From contig OZ242011.1 of assembly GCA_965204755.1 (NCBI GenBank), positions 1,312,001-1,376,000 on the forward strand: a stretch of DNA of 64,000 nt. Reading direction: 5' to 3'. Made by a program: the position numbers and the translations under genes. The notes under the pieces were generated by a model. The model saw nothing but the letters and a program-made list of their open reading frames with translations, searched no databases and had not been told where the DNA came from. Every line of letters begins with the position of its first letter. Within the stretch, counting starts at the first letter, position 1. Of the stretch, positions 9,660 through 19,200 are shown in pieces. This stretch comes from Candidatus Marinacidobacterium sp. Its GTDB lineage: Bacteria; Acidobacteriota; Vicinamibacteria; Marinacidobacterales; Marinacidobacteraceae.

Positions 9660-10616
9660 CTAGACCGCGGCCGCCGGTCGGGAGGCCAGCGCGGACGGCC
9701 GGACGCCGACCCTTCGGAGGAGCGCCGCGAGCGCATCCTCCCGAATCGGGGGCGCCGGGCCGGAAACCGACTCGCCGGCGCCCGGCGGTCGGGCGCGGGT
9801 GTCCGGTTCCGCCTCCCCGGCCGGCGAACCGCCGGGCAGCCCGAGCAGCGCCCGGACTTCGGCGGCCCCTTCCCCGCGGACGGAGACCGCCTCGGCGCCG
9901 GCGCTCCCCGTCAGTTTGCGGACCGCGGCCGCCGGCGGTTCCGGATCGAGCGCCGCGCGCAACTTGAGCCGGAAGGCCGTGAGCCGGTTCCCGGCGGCGG
10001 CGGCGACGGCGAAATGCCTCCGATGGAGCGCCGCCAGGATCCGCTCTCCGGCGCCGCGGCCCGCCGCGAGCCACTCGGGAAGGATCGCCAGCGTCGGCGT
10101 GTCCACCCAGCGCACTTCGAGGCCGACCGCCGCCGCCACCGATTCGTACTGCGAGACCACCGCGGCCGAGGCGCAGGCGCCGAGCAGCGAGCGCCGCCGA
10201 AGCGGGCCGCTCGGGATCGCGCCGAAGCGAACCCGGCCCGGCGCCGGCCGCGACCCGGGGTCGCTCCCGGCGGCGAGGCCGGCGGCGAGATCCAGCAGCA
10301 ACCGCCTTCGCCCCCCCGCGCCCGGCGTCTCGGCGAACGCCACCGCCACCGCCCGGTCCGGGATCGCGAGCACGGCCTCGGTGAACGGCCCGCCCGGGTA
10401 TTCGCCGTCCGGTTCCGAGAGCCGCTCCAAGGCGCTCCCGAGCGCCCGCGCCGCGTCGGCGGTCGAGGAGAGGTTCGGCTCGGAAGAGGACGCGCGCAGG
10501 AGGTTCTCCGGGAGACGCCTCTCGACCCACCGCCCGTCGCCGGAGCGGAGGAACAGCCGCTCGGCGCCGAACGCGATTCCGACGGTGCGGCGGCGTTTCG
10601 ACCGGAACCGGCGCAT
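9660..10616 (-). CDS. Divergent PilM/GspL-like cytoplasmic protein
   Basis: TVGIAFG...AVLAIPD...VSQYESVAAAVGLEVRWVD resembles the actin-like PilM fold; first gene of the pilMNO-like cluster. Confidence 0.45.
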   Translation of the reverse strand: MRRFRSKRRRTVGIAFGAERLFLRSGDGRWVERRLPENLLRASSSEPNLSSTADAARALGSALERLSEPDGEYPGGPFTEAVLAIPDRAVAVAFAETPGAGGRRRLLLDLAAGLAAGSDPGSRPAPGRVRFGAIPSGPLRRRSLLGACASAAVVSQYESVAAAVGLEVRWVDTPTLAILPEWLAAGRGAGERILAALHRRHFAVAAAAGNRLTAFRLKLRAALDPEPPAAAVRKLTGSAGAEAVSVRGEGAAEVRALLGLPGGSPAGEAEPDTRARPPGAGESVSGPAPPIREDALAALLRRVGVRPSALASRPAAAV

Positions 10617-10646
10617 CTTGGTGCAGGGAAGCCCGAACGCCGCCGA

Positions 10647-10655
10647 TGGTACAAT
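10647..10655 (+). promoter_or_regulatory. Candidate extended -10 promoter for fusA2
   Basis: TGGTACAAT (TGn-TAnnnT) in the divergent intergenic region; an AT-rich motif in a GC-rich background. Confidence 0.4.
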
Positions 10656-10769
10656 TCGCGGTTCGCCCGGCGGCGGTTCGCCGGGTCTCTCTCCGATACT
10701 TCTTGCGTTTCTTCTCGGAGCCCCTCGAACGCCCGTTCGATCCACCCGCTTCCGGCGCCGACGATGGCC

Positions 10770-10920
10770 GCCCGTGGAGAAAGTCCGGGGAGCGGTCCTC
10801 GGCGCGAAGCGCCGATCGGGAAGGCGCGCCGGAAGGGGGTGTCCACTTCCCCGCGACAGCCAGCGGGGGCTTCGGGCCTTCCGGTGGAGGAGCGGAGGGC
10901 GGAGCGCTTCTTCCGCGGCC
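10770..10920 (+). mobile_element. MITE-like element, copy 1 (internally deleted)
   Basis: Left end GCCCGTGGAGAAAGTCCGGGGAGCGG and right end GAGGGCGGAGCGCTTCTTCCGCGGCC are both homologous to the copy at 13017; about 60 bp shorter. Confidence 0.65.
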
Positions 10921-10947
10921 TGACCGCGCCCCGACGCCGACGGAAGC

Positions 10948-13014
10948 ATGAATTCGAAAGGCCTCCCCCACCTCCGCACCCTCGCGGTCGCCGGACACGG
11001 CACTTCGGGCAAGACCACCTTGGTGTCCGCGCTGCTCTACCAGGCCGGCGCGGAGACCCGACTCGGCCGGATCGAGGAAGGCAACACGGTCACGGATTAC
11101 GACGAAGACGAGATCGAACGGGGAATCAGTCTGGGAGCGGCCCTCGCCTCCTGCGAGTGGAACGAAGTCCACCTGAACCTGGTGGACACCCCCGGATACG
11201 GCAACTTCATCACCGAGGCGAGTTTGGCGATGCCGATCGCCGACACGGCGCTCGTCTCGGTGTGCGGCGTGGACGGCGTCCAGGTGAACACCGAGCGGGT
11301 CTGGGGATTCGCCGAGTCGGCGGGCGCCGCCGCGATGCTGGTCGTGAACCGGCTGGACCGGGAACGGGCGTCGTTTACGCGCGCGCTCGCGGGGATTCAG
11401 CGAGCCTTCGGCCGAACCGCGATTCCGGTGCAGTTGCCGATCGGAGAAGAGGCGGAATTCCGCGGCGTCCTGGATCTGATCTCCATGAAGGCGCATCTCG
11501 GCCCGGGCCCGGACGGCCGGACCGTTTCCCTCTCGGAGGCGCCCGGCGAGATGCAGGCGGCGGCGGAGACCGCAAGATCGGAACTCATGGAGATGATCGC
11601 CGAGTCCGACGAGGAACTGCTCGAACATTTCTTCGAGGCCGGTGAACTGAGCGAGGAGCAGATGCTTCGCGGCCTCGCCGCCGGGGTGGCCTCCCGCTCC
11701 ATCTTCCCGGTGTTCGCCGCCGCCGCGGCGCGGAACATCGGCACGACCGCGCTCCTCGACGCCATCACCGCCGTCGCTCCGGCCCCGGCCCGACGGGGCC
11801 CGGCCAAGGGCCGCGGGCCGGACGGCGAGCCGGCGGAGCGCGAGGTGTCCACTTCGGCGCCGGCGAGCGTCTATGTGTTCAAGACCATCGCCGACCCGTT
11901 CGCCGGGCGGCTGAGCCTGTTCCGGGTGATGACCGGCTCCGTGAGCGCCGACACGCCTCTCCGCAACCTTCGCACGGGCGGAGCGGAGCGGCTGGGAAGC
12001 GTGTACCGGATGAACGGCAAGGCGACCGACGCAGTGGCCTCGCTCGGCGCCGGAGACCTCGGCTGCTTCGCGAAACTGCGGGACACGGCGACCGGAGACA
12101 CCCTGGCGGTGGACGACGCCGTCCGCTATCTCCGTCCGGAAGTGCCGCGGCCGGTCATCAGTTTCGCCATCGAACCCAAGTCGCGGGGTGACGAAGAAAA
12201 GATCTCCCAAGCCCTCCAGCGCCTCGGCGAAGAAGACCTCACGCTCACTTTCGAGAGGGACCGGGAACTGAGACTCTCCGGCACGGGCCAACTCCACATC
12301 GAAGTCGTAGTTTCCCGGCTGAAGCGCAAGTACGGCGTCGAAGTGACGCTCAAGCCTCCGCAAGTGCCTTACCGGGAAACGATCACCGCCAGCGCGGAGG
12401 CGCACGGACGGCACAAGAAGCAGACCGGCGGACACGGACAGTTCGCGGATTGTCATGTGCGCGTCGAGCCGCTTCCCCGCGGCGCAGACTTCGTCTTCGA
12501 GAGCAAGATCGTGGGCGGCGTGATCCCCAAGCAGTTCATTCCCGCCATCGAAAAGGGTTTCCAGGAAGCGCGGCAGAAAGGGTATGTGGCCGGCTATCCG
12601 GTCGTGGACTTCAAGGCGACCGTCTTCGACGGCAAATTCCACGCGGTGGACTCCTCCGAGATCGCTTTCAAGATCGCCGCGTCGCTGGCGTTCCGCGACG
12701 CCATGTCCCGGTGCCGTCCCACTCTGCTGGAGCCGGTGATGGCCGTGGAGATCACGGTTCCCGAAGAGTCCACCGGCGATGTCCTCGGCGACCTGAACGC
12801 GCGCCGGGGCCGGACGCAGGGCATGGACACGAAGGGCGATACGATCGCGATCACCGCGCAGGTCCCGATGGCCGAGATGCTCACCTACGAACCGACCCTG
12901 ACCTCGCTCACGGGCGGCCGCGGCGGCTTCCGGATGGAGTTCTCCCATTACGACCCGGTGCCGCCGAACATCGCCAAACAACTGATCGACGCCCACAACG
13001 CCGACAGCGAATAG
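10948..13014 (+). CDS. fusA2: Elongation factor G paralogue (EF-G2)
   Basis: 688 aa; [47 protein letters not shown] and LLEPV motifs. Divergent G1 motif; lies outside the str operon. Confidence 0.9.
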   Translation: MNSKGLPHLRTLAVAGHGTSGKTTLVSALLYQAGAETRLGRIEEGNTVTDYDEDEIERGISLGAALASCEWNEVHLNLVDTPGYGNFITEASLAMPIADTALVSVCGVDGVQVNTERVWGFAESAGAAAMLVVNRLDRERASFTRALAGIQRAFGRTAIPVQLPIGEEAEFRGVLDLISMKAHLGPGPDGRTVSLSEAPGEMQAAAETARSELMEMIAESDEELLEHFFEAGELSEEQMLRGLAAGVASRSIFPVFAAAAARNIGTTALLDAITAVAPAPARRGPAKGRGPDGEPAEREVSTSAPASVYVFKTIADPFAGRLSLFRVMTGSVSADTPLRNLRTGGAERLGSVYRMNGKATDAVASLGAGDLGCFAKLRDTATGDTLAVDDAVRYLRPEVPRPVISFAIEPKSRGDEEKISQALQRLGEEDLTLTFERDRELRLSGTGQLHIEVVVSRLKRKYGVEVTLKPPQVPYRETITASAEAHGRHKKQTGGHGQFADCHVRVEPLPRGADFVFESKIVGGVIPKQFIPAIEKGFQEARQKGYVAGYPVVDFKATVFDGKFHAVDSSEIAFKIAASLAFRDAMSRCRPTLLEPVMAVEITVPEESTGDVLGDLNARRGRTQGMDTKGDTIAITAQVPMAEMLTYEPTLTSLTGGRGGFRMEFSHYDPVPPNIAKQLIDAHNADSE

Positions 13015-13016
13015 CA

Positions 13017-13233
13017 GCCTGTGGAGAAAGTCCGGGGAGCGGCTGTCGGCGCGAAGCGCCGACCGGGGCGGGGTGCGGGGAGGGAGTATCCCCCTCCCCG
13101 CGATAGTCGGCGGGGGGAATCGCGCAGCGATTCGCGCCGCCGGTCCGTGGGAAGAGCGCCCCGCCGGGAAACGCGACAGGGACTTCGCGTCCTCCGCTCG
13201 ATGAGCAGAGGGCGGGGTGCTTTTTCCACGGGC
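13017..13233 (+). mobile_element. MITE-like element, copy 2 (~217 bp, most complete)
   Basis: Terminal inverted repeats GCCTGTGGAGAAAG / CTTTTTCCACGGGC (12/14 match); internal hairpins; no transposase. Confidence 0.7.
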
Positions 13234-13255
13234 CGATAACGGCGCCGGACGGACC

Positions 13256-16200
13256 ATGCCGTCTCTACCGGTCGGGCTTCCCGCCCGCTATACGGATCCC
13301 GAGACCGGATTCCGTGACCTGTGCCGGTTCCTGGGCATCCCGAATCGGCAGTACCTGCAGCGTCTCGCGGCCCACCAGCGCGTCAGGGAGTTCTTCCGGC
13401 GCGAGAAGGCGTCGTTCAAGAACCTGAAGACGGCGGAGCGTCTCCGCGCCAAACTCACCCGGTTCCTTTCCGATCCGTCGAGCCGCCGGGAGATCTGGAT
13501 CGTACGGCGCAAGGATTCGCGGATCGCGTTTCCTTCTTTCGAACTCCAGGCGCTCAAGCCATACGACGAAAGCGAGAAGGCGCCTTCCGAAGAGGCCCTT
13601 CGCCGGAGTTTGGAGGACATTCCGAAGACCGACGGCATTCCGGGGAAGACGAGCGAGTGGCAGACACCGGCAGTCAACGCCTGGCCGGCGATTCGCGAGG
13701 ACATCAGCCGCTTCGACGAATTGGACGAAGAACACCGGGAAGTCGCCTCGGCCGCGGTATTCGCGGTAGCGACGCTGCTCGATCACCGCGGCTTCCTCGA
13801 ATGGGCGGCCGAGTCCGTGGACGACCTGGAGCCCGAGTTCGCTTTCGCCCTGGGCGTGGAAGATCCGAGCGAGGAAGACATCGCGGAGTGGTCGCGCGTA
13901 CACGACGAGAAGTGGGAAGACGCTTACGGTGAGTTCTTCGACTTCGTATCCGCCGCAGGACGAAGCGGCGTACCCCCCGACCGCTTCGACGAGACCATCC
14001 GGAGGGTGGAGGCGCTCGGCCGTTTGCGGGACGAGATCGTCGCGGATCGGGCGGCGGCGCTCCTGCTCGGGGAACTCTTCGAGAAACTGCACTCCATCCT
14101 GAAGGGGGCGGCGGAGAAGTGCGGGGCCGCATGGCTCACCGCGCTGCTTCCCGAGACGAAAGAGCGGTGGAAGACGCGGTACTCGCCGGTCGGAACTGAA
14201 GGCAGGGAGGCGTTCCAGGCCGATCTGTCCCGTCTCGGCGAGGCGCTGCCCGATGCGCTCGAGTCCTGGGAGCGCGCCGATATCGAAGTGGGCGAAGCCG
14301 AAGCGGAGCGGCAGCGACTTGCTTCGGAGGGCTCCCCGGAAACCGACTGGACGATCGAGGACCGGATCGTCGGGCTGCAGGAGCGAGTCGCGGCGGCGTC
14401 CCGGCGCCGCGTGGAAGCTCGCCGCCGCGTCATCGAGATCATCGCGCCCCGACCCGACGCCCCCGACCCGCCGAAACCGCGGCCGACGAAGAAGAAGGCG
14501 CGCCGCGGGAAAGCGCCCGACCGGGCAGCGAAGGGGAAGCGCGCGGGAACCACCGGGGAGCCGGCGGCCGAGGGCCCGGCGAAGGGAGCGAGTCGCCGCG
14601 CCGCGGCCGAGCGGGATCCGGCGAAGGAAGCCCGTGCGGCGGAGGGGCGGGGAAGACCGTCGAAACCGAAATCGGCGGACGCCGAACGACAACCGCCGGC
14701 CCGCCCCGAGGAAAGGCCGAAGGAGGGACCCGGAGAGACCCCGAAGGGGCGGCCGACCCGACGGCCCGAGGGACCGGCCGGTCGAGCGCCCCGGTCCCTT
14801 CCGGGCCCGGCGAAGACCGCCGGCGCAGCCGAGGCCGACAGGGCGCCGGCCGCGCCGCCCCCCCGACCACCTCCGCCGGCCGTCGTTCCGGCGCCCGAGC
14901 CTCATCGGGAGGCGGCAGCCGCTTGGACCGCGCTCCACGAAGGACGACCGGGCGCGGCGTTCTTCATCGCCCGGCTCGCGGACCCGCAACCGGACCGCGC
15001 TCCGGTGCTGCCCCCCGCCGACCTGATTGCGGCGACCGCGCTCGCCGCCGAGGTCCGGGCGCCGGGCGACGAGTTCGCCGCCGCCCTTCGCCCGATCCTC
15101 TCCGCCATCGACCCGGAGGGCTTCGCGGCCGCGGACGCCCGCGGCCAGGATGCGCTCAACCTCCTGCTCTTCAGTTCGACCCTGGCGCCCGCGCTCTTCG
15201 CGCCGGCGACCGGCGCTCCGTCGCTGCTGAGGCGGATCCACACGACAGAGCCGCTCTCGGCGGTCTATACCTTGGCTACCCGTATCGCCGAATACGCCGA
15301 GCGGCTTCACGGCACGCCGCTCGATATCTCGCTGCTGAGGAGCGCCCTGGGAACGGCGAGCCGCGAAAAGCAACTGGACGAGGTGGGCCGGCGAATCCGC
15401 GAGTGGTCGGTGGCCGTAAAGGCGAAGACCAACCCCCTGCCGCGGGCGGCGCAGGTGCTCACGGCCCTGCTCACCAACGGCTGTCTGGCCGACCTGACGG
15501 AGGCAGTCGCTTCCGGCCGACCGGCGGACCGCGGCCGGGTCGAGCGAATCCTGGAGGAGTTGGGCGCCACGCGGCTTCCGGCGCTGTCCGAAGGGGTAAC
15601 CCGCGAGTTCGAAGCGCTCGTCCACCACAGCGACCGCCGCACCGGCGCGCGGCCGATCAACGAGAAGGCGCTTCGGCAACTCTGGAAACATGTCCACCCG
15701 GCCATCGAGCACGCCCACGAGTGGCTGCGGCTGGTGTCGCGATCGACCGGAGAACGGAAGGGGTACCTGCGGGACCTGATCGTCTCGCTGCGCCGGGACC
15801 TCGAAGAAGAGAGCGACAAGGCGCTGTCGGCGATCTCCGAAGTCGAGGCAGCCGCCCCGGACGCTTCGGAATTGGCCGCCGGTCTGTCGCGCGCCCGGTC
15901 CGCGATCTCGACGCTCCGGCACATCTTCGATCGTCGGGCGCTGTCGGCGGCGCCGCCGCCGAAGCCGGAGATCGTTCGGTACGGCGACTTGGCGTTGGTG
16001 ACCGCGCTGGACCTGGGCGCCGACCTTCGCCCCCGCGCGCCATTCGACCGGGGCGCGGTGCTGGAGGTCCTGCTCGACCGGGAAGGACACGCGGCGACCC
16101 GTTCGGCGGCGTTCCGAGGGCGCCTCGCCCGCGTGGATCTGGTTGGCGCCGGCCTCGCGCTCTCGACGATGGAGGCTCGCGGCGACGAGGGGACCGCCGA

Positions 16201-19200
16201 CTGCCGGCGCGATCTCATCGAGACGGCCGAGCAGCGCCGCTTCACGCTCAACGAAGAACTCGCCAAGGAGACCGCCCGGATCGAAGGCGCGTTCTGCCAA
16301 GGGCGGCTGGGTGACGAACGAAACGACCTGGCGGCGCGGCTGGTCTCACTGGCGCAGGCGCTCGCCGCGCCGGGACGGCCCGGTGAGCCCGGCGCCGGGG
16401 TAGTGGAAGCCGTGGTGGGCGCCGAGCGCGAACTCGAGGAGATCCGGCGCGCCGCCGGGACGATGAGCGCCAAGCGGATTGCCGCCGCCCGGCGTCGGCT
16501 CGAGGAACTCCCCGAGAGCGCCGACCGGCAGGGGCTCGCCGAGGCGCGCGCGGCCATAGACGCCGGACACCTGCTGACCGCCCACGAATACCTGCTCCAA
16601 CTCGAACAGGGGGAGTCGTTCCTGCGTCCGCCGGAGGAGCCGAGCCCGTTCCGGGAGTTCGTCTCCCGGGCGGCCGTCCTCGACGAGGCCCTGCCGCGGT
16701 ACGAACCGGAGCGCGTCATCGCCGGCCTTTCCCGGCGGCAGGGGTTGGCCGGAATCCGCTTCGGCGAACTCGACGCCGAACAGGCGGAGCGCGGAGCGCG
16801 GCTGTTGAAGGCCTGGTATCGACTGGCGGCGAAGCGCGCCTACGACCAGCCGCTGCTCCAGCGATTCCTGGAGGAACTGGGGTTCACCGGCTGCCGCGTG
16901 TCGGCGGACCGGGGAACTCGCTCCTACTTGGGGTCCATGGACTTCGAGCGGCTCGCGGACCGCGACCTCTGCCCGTCCCGGCAGTTCGGGTCGGAAGCGG
17001 ACGGCCGCTACCGCCTGCTGCTGAACTGGGCGCCGAATGTGGAGGAGGCGATCACGCGGTCCGTAGGGGTTTCCGGCGACTCGCCGACCCTCGTACTCCA
17101 CTTCGGCTGTCTCGGCGCGAGCCGGGAGGGCCTGCGCCGGCTGGCCCTGCGCGATCAGCGTCTCTTCCTGGTCCTCGACCATTCGCTCGCAGTCTTCCTC
17201 GCGAGTCGGGGCTCGGGCCTTTCCGCTTTCTTCCGCGCGGCGTTGCCGTTCGCTTCCGCCGACCCGTACGCGCCCACTTCCGGCGCCGTGCCCCCCGAAT
17301 TGTTCTACGGCCGGGAGCGGGAGCGCCGCGACATCGCCGACCGCTCCGGCGCCTGCTTCATCTACGGCGGACGACAACTCGGGAAGACCGCCCTGCTTCG
17401 CCGCGTCGAGAACGATTTCAACGAGACCTCCGGTCAGGTGGCGCTGTGGATCGACCTCAAGGTGCACGAGATCGGTTACGCCAGAGGGCCTCGCGACATC
17501 TGGCCGCTCATCCGGGACGGCCTTTCGGAGCGGGGAGTGCTGTCCCGCCGGCGAGGAGAGTTGGACCCGGCGAACCTCCGCCACATCGAGACCCTGCTGA
17601 AGGCGATGGCCGAATGGGTGGCCGGACGCAAGGACCGCCGCCTCCTCCTGCTTCTCGACGAGGCGGACGAATTCCTGTCGCAGGACGCCGGCAGCGACTT
17701 CCGGGAATCGGCCCGCCTCAAGGGGCTGATGGACCGGACCGACCGCCGGTTCAAGGTCGTGTTTTCCGGACTCCACAATGTACTGCGCACGACGCAACAG
17801 GCGAACCATCCGCTCGCCCACTTGGGCGAGCCGGTTCGAGTGGGGCCGATGCTGGGCGGGCGGGACGAGCGGAAGAGCGCCGAGGCGCTGGTTCGCCAAC
17901 CGCTCGAGGCGGCCGGCTGCCGCTTCGAACGGGACGATTTGATCCACCGCGTCCTCGCGCAGACGAACTACTACCCGTCCCTCATCCAACTCTACGGCGC
18001 CGAACTCGCCCGCCGGGTGCGCGACCTCCAAAAACCGTTCCCCTATCTGGTCTCGGACGCGGAACTCGACGAAGCGTACGGCAGCAGCGAACTGCGCGAC
18101 GCCATTCGAGAGCGCTTCTTGCTCACGCTCCAACTCGATCCTCGATACGAGGTCATCGCCTATGCGCTCGCCTTCGAGTTGAAGGATCACCCGGTCCTGA
18201 ACGACGGGATGGGACGCGACGAGATCCGGGATGCCGCAGAGGGCTGGTGGCCGGACGGCTTCCGGATCCCCGATATCGAGTTCCACATGCTGCTCGAGGA
18301 GATGGACGGACTCGGCGTCCTGCGATCGCTGGACGGGAGTCGCTACACCTTGCGCAACCCGAATGTGCTGCTGTTGCTCGGCAACACGGAGCAGATCGAG
18401 AAGAACCTCGACAAGCCGCGGTCGCTCCCGGCGACTTACGAGCCGGCGTCGTTTCGGGCTCGCTACCCGCGCGAAGGCCCGCGAGCGAAACGCCGAGGGC
18501 CCTTGACCTATCTTCAGGAGGACCGTTTGAGACGCCCCGGCGTCGCCGTGGTCACCGGGAACCGCGCCGCCGGCCTCGCGGAAGTAGAGGCGTTCCTGTC
18601 ACAGCGAAGCGAACAGCGGAACGGGGTGGAGGAGTTTCGCGTACTGCCCCGACCGAACGGGCTGGACGACTTCGTTCGGCGCCTGGGCCGGATCTCGCCG
18701 CCGGCCGCGGGCGTCTCGGTCAACCTCGTACCGCTGGACACCCGCTGGAACACCCAGTGGCTCGACGCTGCCCGGCAGTTCTGCCGGACGCGCCGCAACA
18801 GCCTTCGGATCCGGGTCGTCTTCCAGGCCGACCCGGAGCAGTTGTGGCGTCTCGAAGACGAATTCCCGGTGGCCGACTGGCCCGGGATCGACCGCATCGA
18901 AGTCCGTCCCTGCGACGCGATCTTCGTGCGCAGTTGGCTGGACGATGTCAACCTGCAGCACGACGAGGAGACGATCACCGAACTCCTCGAGGTCACCGGC
19001 GGCTGGCCGGCCGGCCTGTTCGAACTCAACACCGGCCCCACCAAGGACTGGAGTTTCCGCATCGCCGAACTGCGGAAGAAGGCCGCCCGCACGCCGAGCG
19101 GGGAGCAACTCGGCCTGGCGTCGAATCCGGCCGCGGCAGAGGCGCTCCGGCGGTTGGCCGAACTCGAGGAGCCGTTCTCCCAGGAAACGATCGAACTGTT

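Noticed and set aside
8092-13257. 1721-aa minus-strand ORF
   Set aside because: Mostly antisense to fusA2 and out of frame over the pilMN-like genes; only the last 318 codons (8092-9048) look like a real protein.
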